A model generated the notes under the pieces. It searched no databases, had not been told where the DNA came from, and saw only the letters and a program-made list of their open reading frames with translations. Position numbers and translations under genes: made by a program. 64,000 nucleotides of DNA from Eledone cirrhosa (taxonomy: Eukaryota), in the NCBI GenBank assembly GCA_964016885.1, contig OZ024740.1:274784001-274848000 (forward strand), given 5' to 3'. Shown in pieces: positions 25,596 through 39,455 of the stretch. Each line of letters opens with the position of its first letter. Within the stretch, counting starts at the first letter, position 1.

Positions 25596-25893
25596 AGTAA
25601 TAATAATAAATTTGAAGACTAAAATCAAAAGAGGGCTCGATAAGGATAAATATATATCAAATATATAAGAACCGTAGAGCATTATATTCGTATTATAATC
25701 GTTTTTTCCCGTCCCGTTCTTTGCCAGCGAACGTTTCCACGAAGCAAAGTATCGTCTTCCTGTCTTCCTCTGGTTGCAACGTTTTTTGAAATATCCACTT
25801 CTGCGTTTACAGATTGACTTTGTTAGTTTCAGAAGATCCAGTTAAGGGTGAAAGCAGCGATTCTTTGTTTAAACTTTAATCTGTTATTTTAAT
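25596..25893 (+). mobile_element. PLE family 1 short insert: inverted tail plus 3' UTR/HHR
   Basis: 25700-25893 matches 3280-3470; 25596-25680 is the reverse complement of the extended tail. Confidence 0.85.
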
Positions 25894-26227
25894 ATATATA
25901 TATATGTAAATGTATGTGTGTGCATATGCATACAAATACATAAACTTACTTATAGGATACATAAAATCATCTGTCAAAGAGGAATACGATATGAATTATA
26001 AACATTAAATTGTCATTTTTGTATGTATATATATATATGTGGGATGTATTAGCCACCTCCAGCTACCTTACTCTCCACCTCTTGGTCTTGACTGACAGGA
26101 TAGAGAAGACAGAAGAAGAACTGGTCTAAAAGACTTTGCTCGATGTTCAAATGATTTTACCAATCCACATATGTGTGTTTGTGTGTGTACTTATATATGT
26201 GTGTGTATATATATATGTGTGTGTGTA

Positions 26228-26320
<93 letters not shown>

Positions 26321-26521
26321 TCATGTAGGAGACATGGTTAAAAAACTCCCAGTCCACACTGTAAATTAGGAAAGGCATCCAGCAGTAGAAAACCTACCAG
26401 ATACAGTTTTATATGAGCAAGATACGGTCACCCAACCAATCTTGCCTCAAGTGGAACAAACCCGTCTAACCCATGCTAGCATGGAAGATGGATGTTAAAT
26501 GATGATGATATATATATATAT

Positions 26522-26872
26522 GGAGGCACATGGCTCAGTGGTTAGAGCATTGGCCTTGCAATCGAAAGGTTGTGAGTTCAATTCTCAGACCGGGTAATGT
26601 GTTGTTTCCTTGAGCAAGACATTTTATTTCACATTGCTCCAGTTTACTCAGCTGTAGAAATGAGATGATAGGGACTGGGGTCCATATCATTCCACTACAA
26701 AGTGGTCGTGGAGGTGCCACGGCAAAAAACACCCACCACTCACTGTAAATGAGGTTGGTGTTAGGAAGGGCATCCAGCTGTAGAAATCAAGCCAGAATCA
26801 GTTCCCGTCCCACCCTTGCAAGCAGGGAAAAAGCGGATGTAAAAATGATGATGATGATGATAATGATAATGA
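26522..26872 (+). mobile_element. tRNA-derived SINE family 1 (CORE-like centre, RTE-derived tail ending in (ATG)n)
   Basis: A-box tggctcagtgg, B-box gttcaattc, ccttgagcaagaca core, tail cccacccttgcaagcagggaaaaagcggatgtaaaaatgatg. Confidence 0.9.
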
Positions 26873-27055
26873 TATATATCTTATTGCAAATACCTATCTG
26901 AAACTAGAAATGTACCTAAACCTGTACCCAACCCTACTATGGCCTGTCCTACAGTGGCTTACTGGTAGATATATTAGCTATACAGTAATTATAATATAAC
27001 TTGATTGTATTAATATAATCTGTTAAGTTTGATGGAGATGAGTATAAGAACTAAT

Positions 27056-27245
27056 AATTGTTTCTACTTTTAGCACAAGGCCAGCAATTACCCCAGTGCA
27101 TTACTGCTGCTTTATTTTATCGACCCTGTAAGGATGAAAGGTGAATTTAACCTCGGCGGGATTTGAATTTAGAACGTAAAGGGCCATAACTCTATGCTGC
27201 AAAGCATGGTGTCTGATGCTCTACCGATATTGCCAATCCACCACC
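27056..27245 (-). mobile_element. SINE family 2
   Basis: Reverse-complement match to 21027-21204. Confidence 0.85.
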
Positions 27246-27570
27246 CTTATAATGATTAATTATTAGCATCTTTATATGCTGATACAGAGTGGGAAAAACA
27301 TAAGCGTAATGTTGCTATTGAAGGTTGATCTTTTTTTGTTTTTAAATAGACAGGGAAATTATTTCTTTGGGGGGAAAAATCTTCATGATAAAAATCCTCA
27401 GAAAACATTCTTACCTCTAATTGCTAAAATTTCATTTAAAAAGCCTAAAGCTAAGCTAAAAGGGAAATTCCAATTCAAATAATGTCTTCTGTTATTGTTA
27501 TTGTTGTTGTTTGTTAGTTTTATTTGTTATTTTACTTCCAATTGGAACAAAAGATTTTTTTAAAATAATA

Positions 27571-27610
<40 letters not shown>

Positions 27611-27975
27611 TTAATAATGATGGCAGTGATGATGATAATAATAAAGGATGAATGAAACAAAGAATAGAAAAGAAGAAAAATGAGAAAGAATTCTGTAAAT
27701 TCCAGCTGTTTGCTGAAGAATCAACTCTATAGAGAATAAAATGTCTATATAGAAATGTACCATGTTTCTTGTGATGTGAAAATCACGCCTCTTGTTTTCA
27801 GAGTGTTAACTCATAATCTCTTCTTGTCTATGGAATCCAAAAGAAAATAGAAATTGAAAGCTAAAGAAAAAAATGTTCAAACACCAATGAAAAACATAGT
27901 TTAAGAAAGAAATAATATTAAAAACTGTATATATATATATATAGTTTAGCGAGGTTTTTTATATGAAAACACACG

Positions 27976-28036
<61 letters not shown>

Positions 28037-28205
28037 AGACAAAACAACAGCAAATAAAATGATTTTCATTGAATCCAATCTATGGATTTTCTATGAAAGT
28101 AATGTGTATTTTCAGTGTGACGGTGAGAAAGAGATAGAGAGAAAGTGAGGAGTAGAGAAAGGTGTATTTTATATACAGAGTATAAATTCTAAATGATAAT
28201 AATGA

Positions 28206-28236
<31 letters not shown>

Positions 28237-28283
28237 GTATGCATATATATGTATGTATATATATGTATACATACATACATATA

Positions 28284-28378
<95 letters not shown>

Positions 28379-28645
28379 GGAGGCACGTGGCCTTGTGGTA
28401 AGGGTGTTGGACTTACCATCATAATGTTGTGGGTTTGATTCCTGGGTTGCGTGTTGTGTTCTTGAGCAAAACACTTCATTTCATGTTGACCCAGTATACT
28501 CACCTGAAAATGAGTACCAGCAATAGCTGGGGGTTTAACCCTGCGATGGACTGGCGCCCTGTTCAGGGGGGAGTCTTGTACTCTCAGTCGCTTCACACCA
28601 TGAAACCGGGATAAGCACCAGCCAAATGAGCCTTCTGGCTTAAGA
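28379..28645 (+). mobile_element. tRNA-derived SINE (CORE-like)
   Basis: ggaggcacgtggccttgtggtaaggg...cttgagcaaaacacttcatttc. Confidence 0.8.
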
Positions 28646-28680
28646 CAGACTTCAGACTAGATATATGCCCTCTTCTTAGA

Positions 28681-29990
28681 GAGACAACTACAAGAGAGGT
28701 TCTTAGGGAAGAATAAGCCACTATACTTAGCTTTTGCTGACCTAGAGAAGGCCTTTGATGGGTACCCCGATCTGTCATCTGGTGGTCCCTAAGGAAACTA
28801 GGTGTAGAGGAATGGCTTGTGAGGACAGTGCAAGATATGTACAGGGGTGCTGTCAGTAAAGTGAGAATAGGAATGCAGTTTAGTGAGGAATTCCAGATAC
28901 AAGTAGGTGTACATCAGGGTTCGGTCCTCAGTCCGCTCTTGTTCATTATAGTCCTCCAAGCCATAACAGAGGAGTTTAAGACTGGCTGCACATGGGAACT
29001 TCTCTATGCTGATGATCTGGTTCTTATAGCAGAATCAGTAGAGGAGCTAGAGAATAAATTCTGGCTATGGAAACAGCAGTTGGAATCAAGAGGATTAAAA
29101 GCGAACCTAGCTAAGACAAAAGTGTTGATAACTAGAAAAGAGGACAAAACTCTGATTCCATCAGGGAAATGGACATGTTTGATATGTAGAAAAGGACATG
29201 GCATAAATTCTATAAAATGTACACAATGCAGATCCTGGGTACACAAGAGATGTAGCGGGATAGCAGGCAAACTAACAGGTAGGGAAAACTATGTATGCAG
29301 TAGATGTACAGGGAAATTTGACAGTAGTAATTGCAGTGATAGACTCACTTTTCAAATGCAGGTGGGTTCTATAGAAGTGGTTGCTAGCTTCCAATACCTA
29401 GGTGATTAGATTAGCATGGGAGGGGGGGGGGGGTTCCGAAGCCATAGTATCTCGAATAAGGACGGGTTGGAAGAAGTTTAGGGAACTGCTTCCTCTGTTG
29501 ACAAAGAAGGGCTTCTCCCTGCTTACAAAAGGATGGTTATATGATGCCTGTGTGAGATGTGTGATGCTGCATGGTAGTGAGACATGGGCAGCAACTACAA
29601 CGGCTGGAGAGAATTGAAGCAAGCATGCTCTGTTGGATGTGCAATGTCAATATGCCTGAATGACCAAGCATAGATGAGTTGAGAGAGAAACTGTGTATCA
29701 GAGGGATAAGTTGTGATGTGTGGGAGAGAAGACTGAGATGGTATGGATATGTGATGCGCATGGAGGATGACCGCTGGGTAAAGAAGAGCCAAGAAATCCC
29801 AGTAGAAGGAAGATGCAGTAGAGGAAGACCACGGAAAACATAGGTGGAGGTGGTGAGAGCAGACCTCAGATCGCTGAAGCTCACAGAGGAGATGACGAAG
29901 GACCGTGACAAGTGGAGAGATGCTGTGCTGAATAGGACCCGTCCCACCCTTTGCAAGCAGGGAAAAGCAGATGTAAAATGATGATGATGA
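28681..29990 (+). mobile_element. 5'-truncated RTE-clade LINE (RT with an internal Cys-rich finger), frameshifted, (ATG)n tail
   Basis: FADLEKAFD, GVHQGSVLSPLLF, LLYADDLVL, CLIC..C..C..WVHKRC..CSRC, MLHGSETW, RRLRWYG, RGRPRKT. Confidence 0.92.
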
Positions 29991-30049
29991 TATTATGATA
30001 TTATGATTATATATATATATAAGTATGTTTTGAAACAGTGAGCAAGTTT

Positions 30050-30254
30050 GAAATTAGAAATATAAGCTTCACTGTATTTTTGACTAAAGAAATGTTTAGC
30101 CTGATAGTGGGGTTTAGAACCCTCAGAGAAATGAAAAAAGATGAGTATTAACGTACGTCAATACTCATCTTTTTCCATTTCTCTGAGGGTTCTAAACCCC
30201 ACTTCAGGCTAAAATTTCTTTAGTCAAAAATACGGTGAAAGCTTATATTTCTAA

Positions 30255-30258
<4 letters not shown>
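30050..30258. repeat. Fold-back insert centred on ACGTACGT(C), an HHR stem III-type palindrome
   Basis: aattagaaatataagctt...gagtattaacgt / acgtcaatactc...aagcttatatttctaatt. Confidence 0.8.
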
Positions 30259-30297
<39 letters not shown>

Positions 30298-30299
<2 letters not shown>

Positions 30300-30474
30300 C
30301 GAAGGAAATGTGGTAAGGAACCAGGTGGATCATAACGCACCAAAGTACTCAATACTTGGGGTAGTAGAGTGGGTAATAGGAACAAGTAAGACCCCGACGG
30401 CTGAGCTCAAGCCGTTTCGACGGCTAACTAGCCGTCGAAACGGCTTGAGCTCAGCCGTCAGGGTCTTACTTGTT

Positions 30475-30477
<3 letters not shown>
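30298..30477 (-). mobile_element. Family I tail with fold-back
   Basis: Centre tttcgacggcta-ac-tagccgtcgaaa. Confidence 0.85.
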
Positions 30478-30508
<31 letters not shown>

Positions 30509-31685
30509 TATATATACAGAGTGATAGGTAAAATCCCGACCACAGTGCCAAGCGGTTTCAGCACCGCATACTACATATATATGTGTGTATGTGTGTTGTA
30601 TATATACATACAAACTTATATACAAATATACAAACATTCATACACACATATACATACACACGTGCATGCACACATACATACACAACAGTTTTAACAGTTT
30701 AACTTATTTCTGCAAAAGCAGTGGTTATAGATTTAATTAAACATATCTAACTCCTTCAGATGCCCAGAAATAAATAAGCTATTGACACTATAAAATGTAC
30801 CCAGTTCATATTGTAAAGTGCTGGTGCCACCCAGTCAAAATCGATTGAAATGTTCCCAGACCTCATTTGCTTACCAAGTGGAGTGGAACTCATCAAATTG
30901 GACCAAGGAAACAATGTTTCTATTGGTTTTTCCATCGCTGATACTATCTTCTGGCTCCCGCTCCTAGCAGCTGGAGCAATGTGAAATATACTGTCTTGCA
31001 AAAGGACATAACACATTGCCAAAGGATCAAATTTGGTACTGCACATATAAAATTTATCTTAACCCCTTTATGGCCATGTTTCTAATAAAATATTTTGTTT
31101 CATCATCATCATCGTCATCATCATTATCATCATTGCTATTATTATTATTGTCATGTTTACATCAAATTTTTTTCTTCTTTCTTCCAACTTTCCTCTCTCC
31201 TAACTTTACTCTTCTGATGAAAGACAAATGTCTGATACAGTAACACATTCTTTCTCTTTCCTCTGTCAGCTTTTGTCTTCATTTTTAATTAATATTTTGT
31301 AATGCTTGCATAGGTTGAAGTGACATCTTACAGCACACCATTCCTCTTTTTATTGCGTTCCTTTGTCATCTCCCCCGTGAAATTCAGCTATTTGAAACCA
31401 CCTCTGACCACCTCTGCCCCAGTCTTCCTTGGTCATCCTCTACTGCAACTAATTTCCACTGGGACATTTTGGCACTTCTTTACCCAATGGCTATTATCCA
31501 TACATGTCACATGCCCATACCAGAGCAGGTGCCATGATAAAATGTATCCAGTACACACCAAAAAGTGTTAATGTGGGTATCATGATAAAATGCACCAAAT
31601 CCACTCTCTCTATCTCTCTCTCTATATATATACATGTGTATGTGTGTGTGTATATATATATGTATATATATATATATATATATAT

Positions 31686-31891
31686 AACGAAGGAAATGGG
31701 GTAAGGAACCAGGTGGACCATAACGCACCAAAGTACTCAATACTTGAGGTAGTAGAGTGGGTAATAGGAACCAGTAAGACCCCGACAGTTGAGCTCAAGC
31801 CGTTTCCACGGCTAATTCTGGACTAGCCACTAATTAGTCCAGAATTAGCCGTCGAAACGGCTTGAGCTCAGCTGTCGGGGTCTTACTGGTT

Positions 31892-31894
<3 letters not shown>
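31686..31894 (-). mobile_element. Family I tail with fold-back
   Basis: Centre ctggacta-gccactaat-tagtccag. Confidence 0.85.
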
Positions 31895-31949
<55 letters not shown>

Positions 31950-31971
31950 TACATATATATATACACACACA

Positions 31972-32044
<73 letters not shown>

Positions 32045-32239
32045 CTATATGAACATACAATAATACTCAATAACACAAATTGAAACTAATACCTACATAG
32101 AGTAACACACACACAGAGACAGAAGCAGAACACCAACTATAGCAAACTTACACAATCTCTTCTGATAACCTGAACATTTCTGCAATCATCTGCCTGTCCC
32201 AAATCAGATATTCTCTTCATTGATAAACCAAACTACCAG

Positions 32240-33211
32240 CCCCAGCGGGATTTGAACATGGAGTGACCCCTAGCAGGATTTGAATGTGGAGTAACCCCAG
32301 CAGGATTGGAACATTGAGTGACCCCAGCAGGATTTGAATGTGGAGTGATCCCAGCAGAATTTGAACATGGAGTAACCCCAGCAGGATTTGAACATGGAGT
32401 GACCCCAGCAGGATTTGAACATGGAGTGACCCCAGCAGAATTTGAACATGGAGTAACCCCAGCAGGATTTGAACATGGAGTGACCCCAGCAGGATTTGAA
32501 CATGGAGTGACCCCAGCAGGACTTGAATGTGGAGTGATCCCAGCAGGATTTGAACATGGAGTAACCCCAGCAGAATTTGAACATGGAGTAACCCCAGCAG
32601 GATTTGAACATGGAGTAACCCCAGCAGGATTTGAACATGGAGTAACCCCAGCAGAATTTGAACATGGAGTAACCCCAGCAGGATTTGAACATGGAGTGAC
32701 CCCAGCAGGATTTGAACATGGAGTGACCCCAGCAGGATTTGAACATGGAGTGAACCAGGGAGGATTTGAAAATGGGGAGACCCCAGCAGGATTTGAACAT
32801 GGAGTGACCCCAGCAGGGTTTGAACATGGAGTGGCCCCAGCAGGATTTGAACATGGGGAGACCCCAGCAGGATTTGAACATGGAGTGGCCCCAGCAGGAT
32901 TTGAACATGGAGTGGCCCCAGCAGGATTTGAACATGGGGAGACCCCAGCAGGATTTGAACATGGAGTGGCCCCAGCAGGATTTGAACATGGAGTGGCCCC
33001 AGCAGGATTTGAACATGGGGAGACCCCAGCAGGATTTGAACATGGAGTGAACCAGGGAGGATTTGAACATGGGGAGACCCCAGCAGGATTTGAACATGGA
33101 GTGAACCAGGGAGGATTTGAACATGGGGAGACCCCAGCAGGATTTGAACATGGGGAGACCCCAGCAGGATTTGAACATGGAGTGAACCTGGGAGGATTTG
33201 AACATGGAGTG
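32240..33211. repeat. 27-bp minisatellite, ~36 copies (ccccagcaggatttgaacatggagtga)
   Basis: Directly visible periodicity; nearly all units carry GTTCAAATCC or a close variant on the minus strand. Confidence 0.97.
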
Positions 33212-33978
33212 TAAAATGACAGAGAACATAATAGAAAGTATAAGACCCAAATGTTCTAACAATTCTGCCAGTTCAAAGACAGTGTGTGTGGGGGGAAAGA
33301 GAGAGAGGGTGTATGAGAAAGAGAGGATGGATGGATAGACAGATAGAGTGAGTGAGAGGGTGATAGAGAAAAGGAGGGGGAGATAGATAGATACATAGAT
33401 AGAGAAAAAGAGAGGGCAAGAGACAGAGAGAGAGAGGTAGAGAGTGAGAGAGAAGGGAAGTGAAAGCAAAATGAATTTCTTTCCACAATACTTCAATTTT
33501 TATGCCTCTCCTTCACACAGAAATATCTGCAGGATTTTTTCTGCCTCCCACCTTATCTTTCATTCTTTCATTCTTTCATTCTGATTCTAATTCTAATTCT
33601 AAAAAAAAAAAAGCTCTCTATTCTGTCATTCTCCTTTCTTCACTACAGTATTTCAGAATTTCATTGTAGGAGTTATTTTTTTTTTGTTGTTTTTTGTTTT
33701 TTTTTGTTTTTTCTTTCATTTTGTTGTCTTTTCTTTTCCCCTTCTAGATTCTTCTCAGATGAAGGACTCCCAATTATGTAGTGTTTATCCATTGTTAAAC
33801 TGCCAAGATGTGTAATTCAGCGAATATTAGAGCAATAACAGTCCTAGACCAGATTTGAGCTGGAATTGTTGAAGAGCCAAAAGTGAAATCTTTTGGCAAA
33901 TACCTATAAATGGAACAACTTAACTGGTTGAGGGTTCTATTGTTTGAGGCTGTTGTTATTGTTGTTGTTGTTTCATTG

Positions 33979-34010
<32 letters not shown>

Positions 34011-34233
34011 GTTGTTGTATATGATGATGTGGTTATAGCTATTGTTTTTGTTGCTATTTTTTTCTTAATTATTTGTTGATTGTTGATTTTTTTTCTCTCT
34101 CAAAAGATAAAAAGATGCAGAAGAGAATGAGACATAGAAAAACAGAGAGTAGAAGATGAGAGAAAGAAGGACTAAGCTCTGTTCATTTCATTTTCTTCAA
34201 AGAGAAATAGATGACAGAGAAAGCGTGTGTGTG

Positions 34234-34283
<50 letters not shown>

Positions 34284-34344
34284 AGAGTGAGAACAGTAGA
34301 GAAGTTTTCTTTTTCTTCAAAGAGGAATAAAGGACAGAGGAATC

Positions 34345-34387
<43 letters not shown>

Positions 34388-35039
34388 ACAGTGAGAACAG
34401 GGGAGAAGTTTTCTTTGTTTTCCTTCTTCAAAGAAGAATAGATGACAGAGAGAAGGAAAGAAAGAGAGTGAAAAATAGAGAGAGATAGAAGGAGAGAAAG
34501 AGAGAGAGTGAGAAGGGGAGGGGGTTAGAAAGAGTAAGAACAGTGTGGGAAGCTTTGTTCATCTTTTAAAAGTATGGATTGATTTCTCACTTACATTTAA
34601 TTTAATTTTTAATTCAATTCTATTTTTATTGCATATAATCTTATTGGTTGCTTAGTAGATCATGATGATGATGTTACTGTTGTTGTTGTTGTTGTTGTGG
34701 ATGTTGTCATAGTGGTGTCAGTGAGGGAGTGGGGGTGGTTAAGGTGGCTTGAGTATTTTTAAAGGGAAATTTATTTACAAGGAAAGACAATTTAACAAAG
34801 ACTCTCTGTCTGTTAATGTGTATATATGCCTGTGTGCTTGTTTCTATATACATATATACATCTATATCTACATATATGTATATATAAACATATTTCAATG
34901 ATTAGGCATAAACACTCACATACACACACAATGGCACACATACATATAAATATATATATGTATATATATCATCATCATCATCATCATCATCATATATATA
35001 TATATAATTACATATATATATATACATACATATAATTAC

Positions 35040-35102
<63 letters not shown>

Positions 35103-35443
35103 CATATATATATACATATAAATAATTACATATATATATAATACATATATATAATTACATATATATATGTATACATATATACATATATATAATTACATAT
35201 ATATATATATATACATATATACATATATATAATTACATATATATATATATATATAAATATACATATATACATATATATAATTACACACACATATATATAT
35301 ATATATAAATATATATATATACATATATACATATATACATATATATAATTACATATATATATACACAGATATATAATTACATATATATATATATATGTGT
35401 GTGTGTTTATATATACATACATACATATATATGTATATATATG

Positions 35444-35488
<45 letters not shown>

Positions 35489-35814
35489 AAGACAGAGAGA
35501 TAAAGAGATAGGTATGTACATATAAAATATATACATGCTGGCATTCTGTTATACACTATTAATACACTAGAACAGCATGAAAACGAAGAATGTTTAAATA
35601 ATGAAGAATGTAAAATGCATAAAAATGTTAAAACAAGTCATCTATAAATAAATAAACAAATAAATAAATAATTGAATGAATAAATACATAAGAAATAACC
35701 TCATTAAACCAGTAAATATATTTTGAAAAATAAATCTCCAAACATCTTTGTATAAATGATTAAAATACACATATGCACACACACATATGCATATATGAAT
35801 GTATAGATATGTAT

Positions 35815-35852
<38 letters not shown>

Positions 35853-35884
35853 TTAACGTCTATCTTCCATGCTAGCATGGGTTT

Positions 35885-35929
<45 letters not shown>

Positions 35930-35930
<1 letters not shown>

Positions 35931-36210
35931 TAGTGAGGTTTTTTTGCAAAATGAATAAAAAACGAGGTGTCCTACATGAGTGAAAGTATAAGGAAAAAAG
36001 ATGAAATCGAAAATGCAACTGGAGTCGTTTTTTTTTTTAAATATATATTTATTTGGTTCCTTTACCAGTTTCGCAGTTCTTGTATTTTCAATATAAAACA
36101 GAAGTAACATTCGAACACCAACCAGATGTGAGAAAAACCACAAACCCTCCATCTCAATTCTACTTTTCAAAAGCACAAGGACTGCATTTTCGATTTCATC
36201 TTTTTTCCTT
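35930..36210. mobile_element. Rearranged/fold-back fragment of family K (longer copy at 58117-59030)
   Basis: agtgaggttttttt...aaggaaaaaagatgaaatcgaaaatgcaactggagtc is shared; second half inverted. Confidence 0.7.
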
Positions 36211-36339
36211 ATATATATATATATATATGCCGGAGCTCAGCCATCAGGGTCCTAAATCTTTTCATATTACCCACTCTACTACTCCAAGTATCAAGTACTC
36301 TGGTGGGTTATGGTCCACCTTTTATTTTACCACATCCTT

Positions 36340-36421
<82 letters not shown>

Positions 36422-36423
36422 AT

Positions 36424-36690
36424 CTAAGGCGGGTAAAATTCCCGAGATCCATGGACGAGTTCTCTCCAGCGGTCTCTGTTCCTCATTATCGCTGCCATAT
36501 CCTGCATCTCCAACAGACCAGTGTCTGTCCTTAGGGCATCAACATATGTTAACCTTGGTCTTCCTCTTCTAGTGTGTCCATGTAGGGGCTCCCAAAGGAG
36601 CACTGAGTGCAATGTAAACTCTGGATGTCGGTGAGCATGTCCAGCTAACCTCAGTCTCCTCTGTATCACTTTTGAGCTGACTTTTGGGAT
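36424..36690 (-). mobile_element. LINE ORF2 C-terminal fragment (RTE-like)
   Basis: IQRRLRLAGHAHRHPE...LLWEP.HG...RGRPRLTYVD..DR.RWR; related decayed copy at 47240-47460. Confidence 0.85.
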
Positions 36691-36692
36691 GC

Positions 36693-36732
<40 letters not shown>

Positions 36733-36742
36733 GTATATATCA

Positions 36743-36778
<36 letters not shown>

Positions 36779-36818
36779 GATATTAAATAAATGGAAACTA
36801 TATTTATAAAACCATATT

Positions 36819-36884
36819 TATTTCATTATATATATTTCAGGGATATCATATTAAAAATATGGTATGCCTTCTTCAGACAAAATA
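36819..36884 (-). ncRNA. Hammerhead, family C (core CTGAAGA)
   Basis: Near-identical to 8012-8077. Confidence 0.8.
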
Positions 36885-37062
36885 CAATATAAACAGTCTT
36901 ATAAATAGATAGATTTGACATACCTTACAACTTCAACTTCCATTTAAAAAGTTGATTTGGTAGTGAATTTAATATCGTAAATATACTCCAAATACTTGTT
37001 GAGTGCTTTTATATCAGTTATAAATATTTACTCGTTGTAACCCAACAATTTAAATAAAACTT

Positions 37063-37179
<117 letters not shown>

Positions 37180-37184
37180 CAGAA

Positions 37185-37217
<33 letters not shown>

Positions 37218-37219
37218 CA

Positions 37220-37309
<90 letters not shown>

Positions 37310-37344
37310 GTATATATCAGAATATATATATATATATATATATA

Positions 37345-37538
37345 TAAAACAAAGAAAGTGTGGTAAGTAACCAGGTGGACCATAACACACCAAAGTATTC
37401 GATACTGGGTAGTAGAGTGGGTAATAAGAAAAGAATCAGGACCCCGGCAGCTGAGCTCCGGCCATTTCGACAGCTAGGTCTGAACCTATCTGTCGAAACA
37501 GCCGGAGCTCAGCCATTGGGGTCCTGATTCTTTCCCTA
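37345..37538 (-). mobile_element. Family I-related tail with fold-back
   Basis: Centre tttcgacagctaggt-ctga-acctatctgtcgaaa. Confidence 0.8.
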
Positions 37539-37835
37539 TAAATACATATACATATATATCATCATCATCATCATCACTGTTTTACGTCGATATCTCCACG
37601 CTAGCATGGATTAGACGGGTTATCCTGTTGTGGACAATGCCAGGTCAGGTGACCATGTCTTGCTCATATAGGAGTGATTTTGGCTCGGTTTCTACAGCGG
37701 GATGCCCTACCTAACACCAACCTCATTTACAGTGAATACTGGGTGCTTTTTTTTTTTTGCTGTGGTGCCTACATGACCACTTTACATTGTGGACTGGGTG
37801 CTTTTTGTTGTGACACCTCCATGACCACTTTACGA

Positions 37836-38038
37836 ACTAAAATCCAAAGAGGGCTCAATAAGGATAATATATATATAAAATATATAAAACAGTAGAGCAA
37901 ATATTTATTAAAATAACAGATTAAATTTTAAGCAAAGAATCACTGCTTTCATCCTTAACAGGATCTTCCGAGTTTCAGAAGATCCCGTTAAGGGTGAAAG
38001 CAGTGATTTTTGCTTAAACTTTAATCGTTTATTCTAAT
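37836..38038. mobile_element. PLE family 1 fold-back containing two HHR copies in inverted orientation
   Basis: aagcaaagaatcactgctttcatcc...ggatcttc / gaagatccc...gggtgaaagcagtgatttttgctt. Confidence 0.8.
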
Positions 38039-38378
38039 ATATATATATGTATAAGCCATTTCTATATTAAATATTTATACTCTGCTATGTATTGAGTACC
38101 CTACTTACTGTGGTTACCCCCAATTAAGCCCAGGATACACTTCTGTTATCCTATACTTTCTTTCTTTCTCTCCTTTGTTTTACCAATAACTTACCTAGTT
38201 ATGGAACGTACTGGAGTGAGGTATCTTGTCTTTAATGCGGAGAAATATCCGAGACCTCCCGCAGATAACTGATGAAGGAAAACTCTCTCCCGTTCATGCT
38301 TTCTTCTTATTTTCAAGTATACCTTCCAGTCCCCTCTTCTTTATATGTATATATGTATATATATATATATATACATAT

Positions 38379-38411
<33 letters not shown>

Positions 38412-38618
38412 TATATACATATATACATATATACATATACATATATATATATATATACATATATACATATATACATATATACATATATACATATATATAT
38501 AGTTAGAGAAGCAAATAATTGTTTATTGTGATCCAGTTTTTGGTTAAGAAAGCCAGTTTCATGAAACGGTCGTAAATACCTGCATAAAATCCTTCTCTTA
38601 ATGCTTACCTGTGTTTTC

Positions 38619-38715
<97 letters not shown>

Positions 38716-39094
38716 TCATAAAACATGTCTATAGAATCACAAGATAAAATATATACTATTTCCTCTCCCAATTAGCATAATTAACTATATAAAACATCGA
38801 ATAGACGAGGCTATAAGAATGAGGCTTCTATGAAGAAATCTCCGACAAATAACCGAAACTAGCGCTTCGCTTCGGCTGTAGCGGAATATTTATCGAATAT
38901 TTCGACAGCGTAATCACCCAGATATAGTCAACTAAACAGGCTACATGCCTCCACAATGGGTATGTACACACACACACGTAGATATGTACATATATATGTG
39001 TATACATGTATGTGTGTGTGTATGTATGTATGTGTATGTGTGTGTATGTGTGTATATATGTATGTCTGTTTCACTGTCTGCTTTATGTAGGTAT

Positions 39095-39406
39095 ATCATC
39101 ATCATCATCATCATCATCATCATTTTAGGTCCGCTTTTTTCCCTGCTTGCAAGGGTGGGATGGGAACTGATTCTGGCTTGATTTCTACAGCTGGATGCCC
39201 TTCCTAACGCCAACCTCATTTACAGTGAGTGCTGGGTGCTTTTTTTGCCGTGGCACCTCCACGACCACTTTGCAGTGGAATGATATGGACCCCAGTCCTA
39301 TCATCTCATTTCTACAGCTGAGTAAACTGGAGACATGTGAAATAAAGTGTCTTGATCAAAGAAACAATGCATCACCCGGTCTGAGAATTGAACTCACAAC
39401 CTTTCG

Positions 39407-39408
<2 letters not shown>
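39095..39408 (-). mobile_element. SINE family 1
   Basis: Reverse-complement match to 26522-26872. Confidence 0.9.

Positions 39409-39455
<47 letters not shown>

Noticed and set aside
26522-26595. tRNA gene
   Set aside because: It is the head of a multi-copy SINE and has no complete acceptor stem
30756-31046. 96-aa ORF as a host exon
   Set aside because: Overlaps a decayed SINE core (gagcaatgtgaaata...tgtcttgc) and has no recognisable domain
31213-31245. HHR-like ctgatgaaagac aaat gtctgatac
   Set aside because: GAAA is mutated and stems I and III are unconvincing; at best a relic
32240-33211. CRISPR-like array
   Set aside because: Units are contiguous with no unique spacers, the context is eukaryotic, and there are no cas genes
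32270-33496. 408-aa (minus) and 298-aa (plus) ORFs with 9-aa repeats
   Set aside because: By-product of a stop-free 27-bp minisatellite that is open on both strands; the flanks are simple repeats and the unit derives from a SINE B-box
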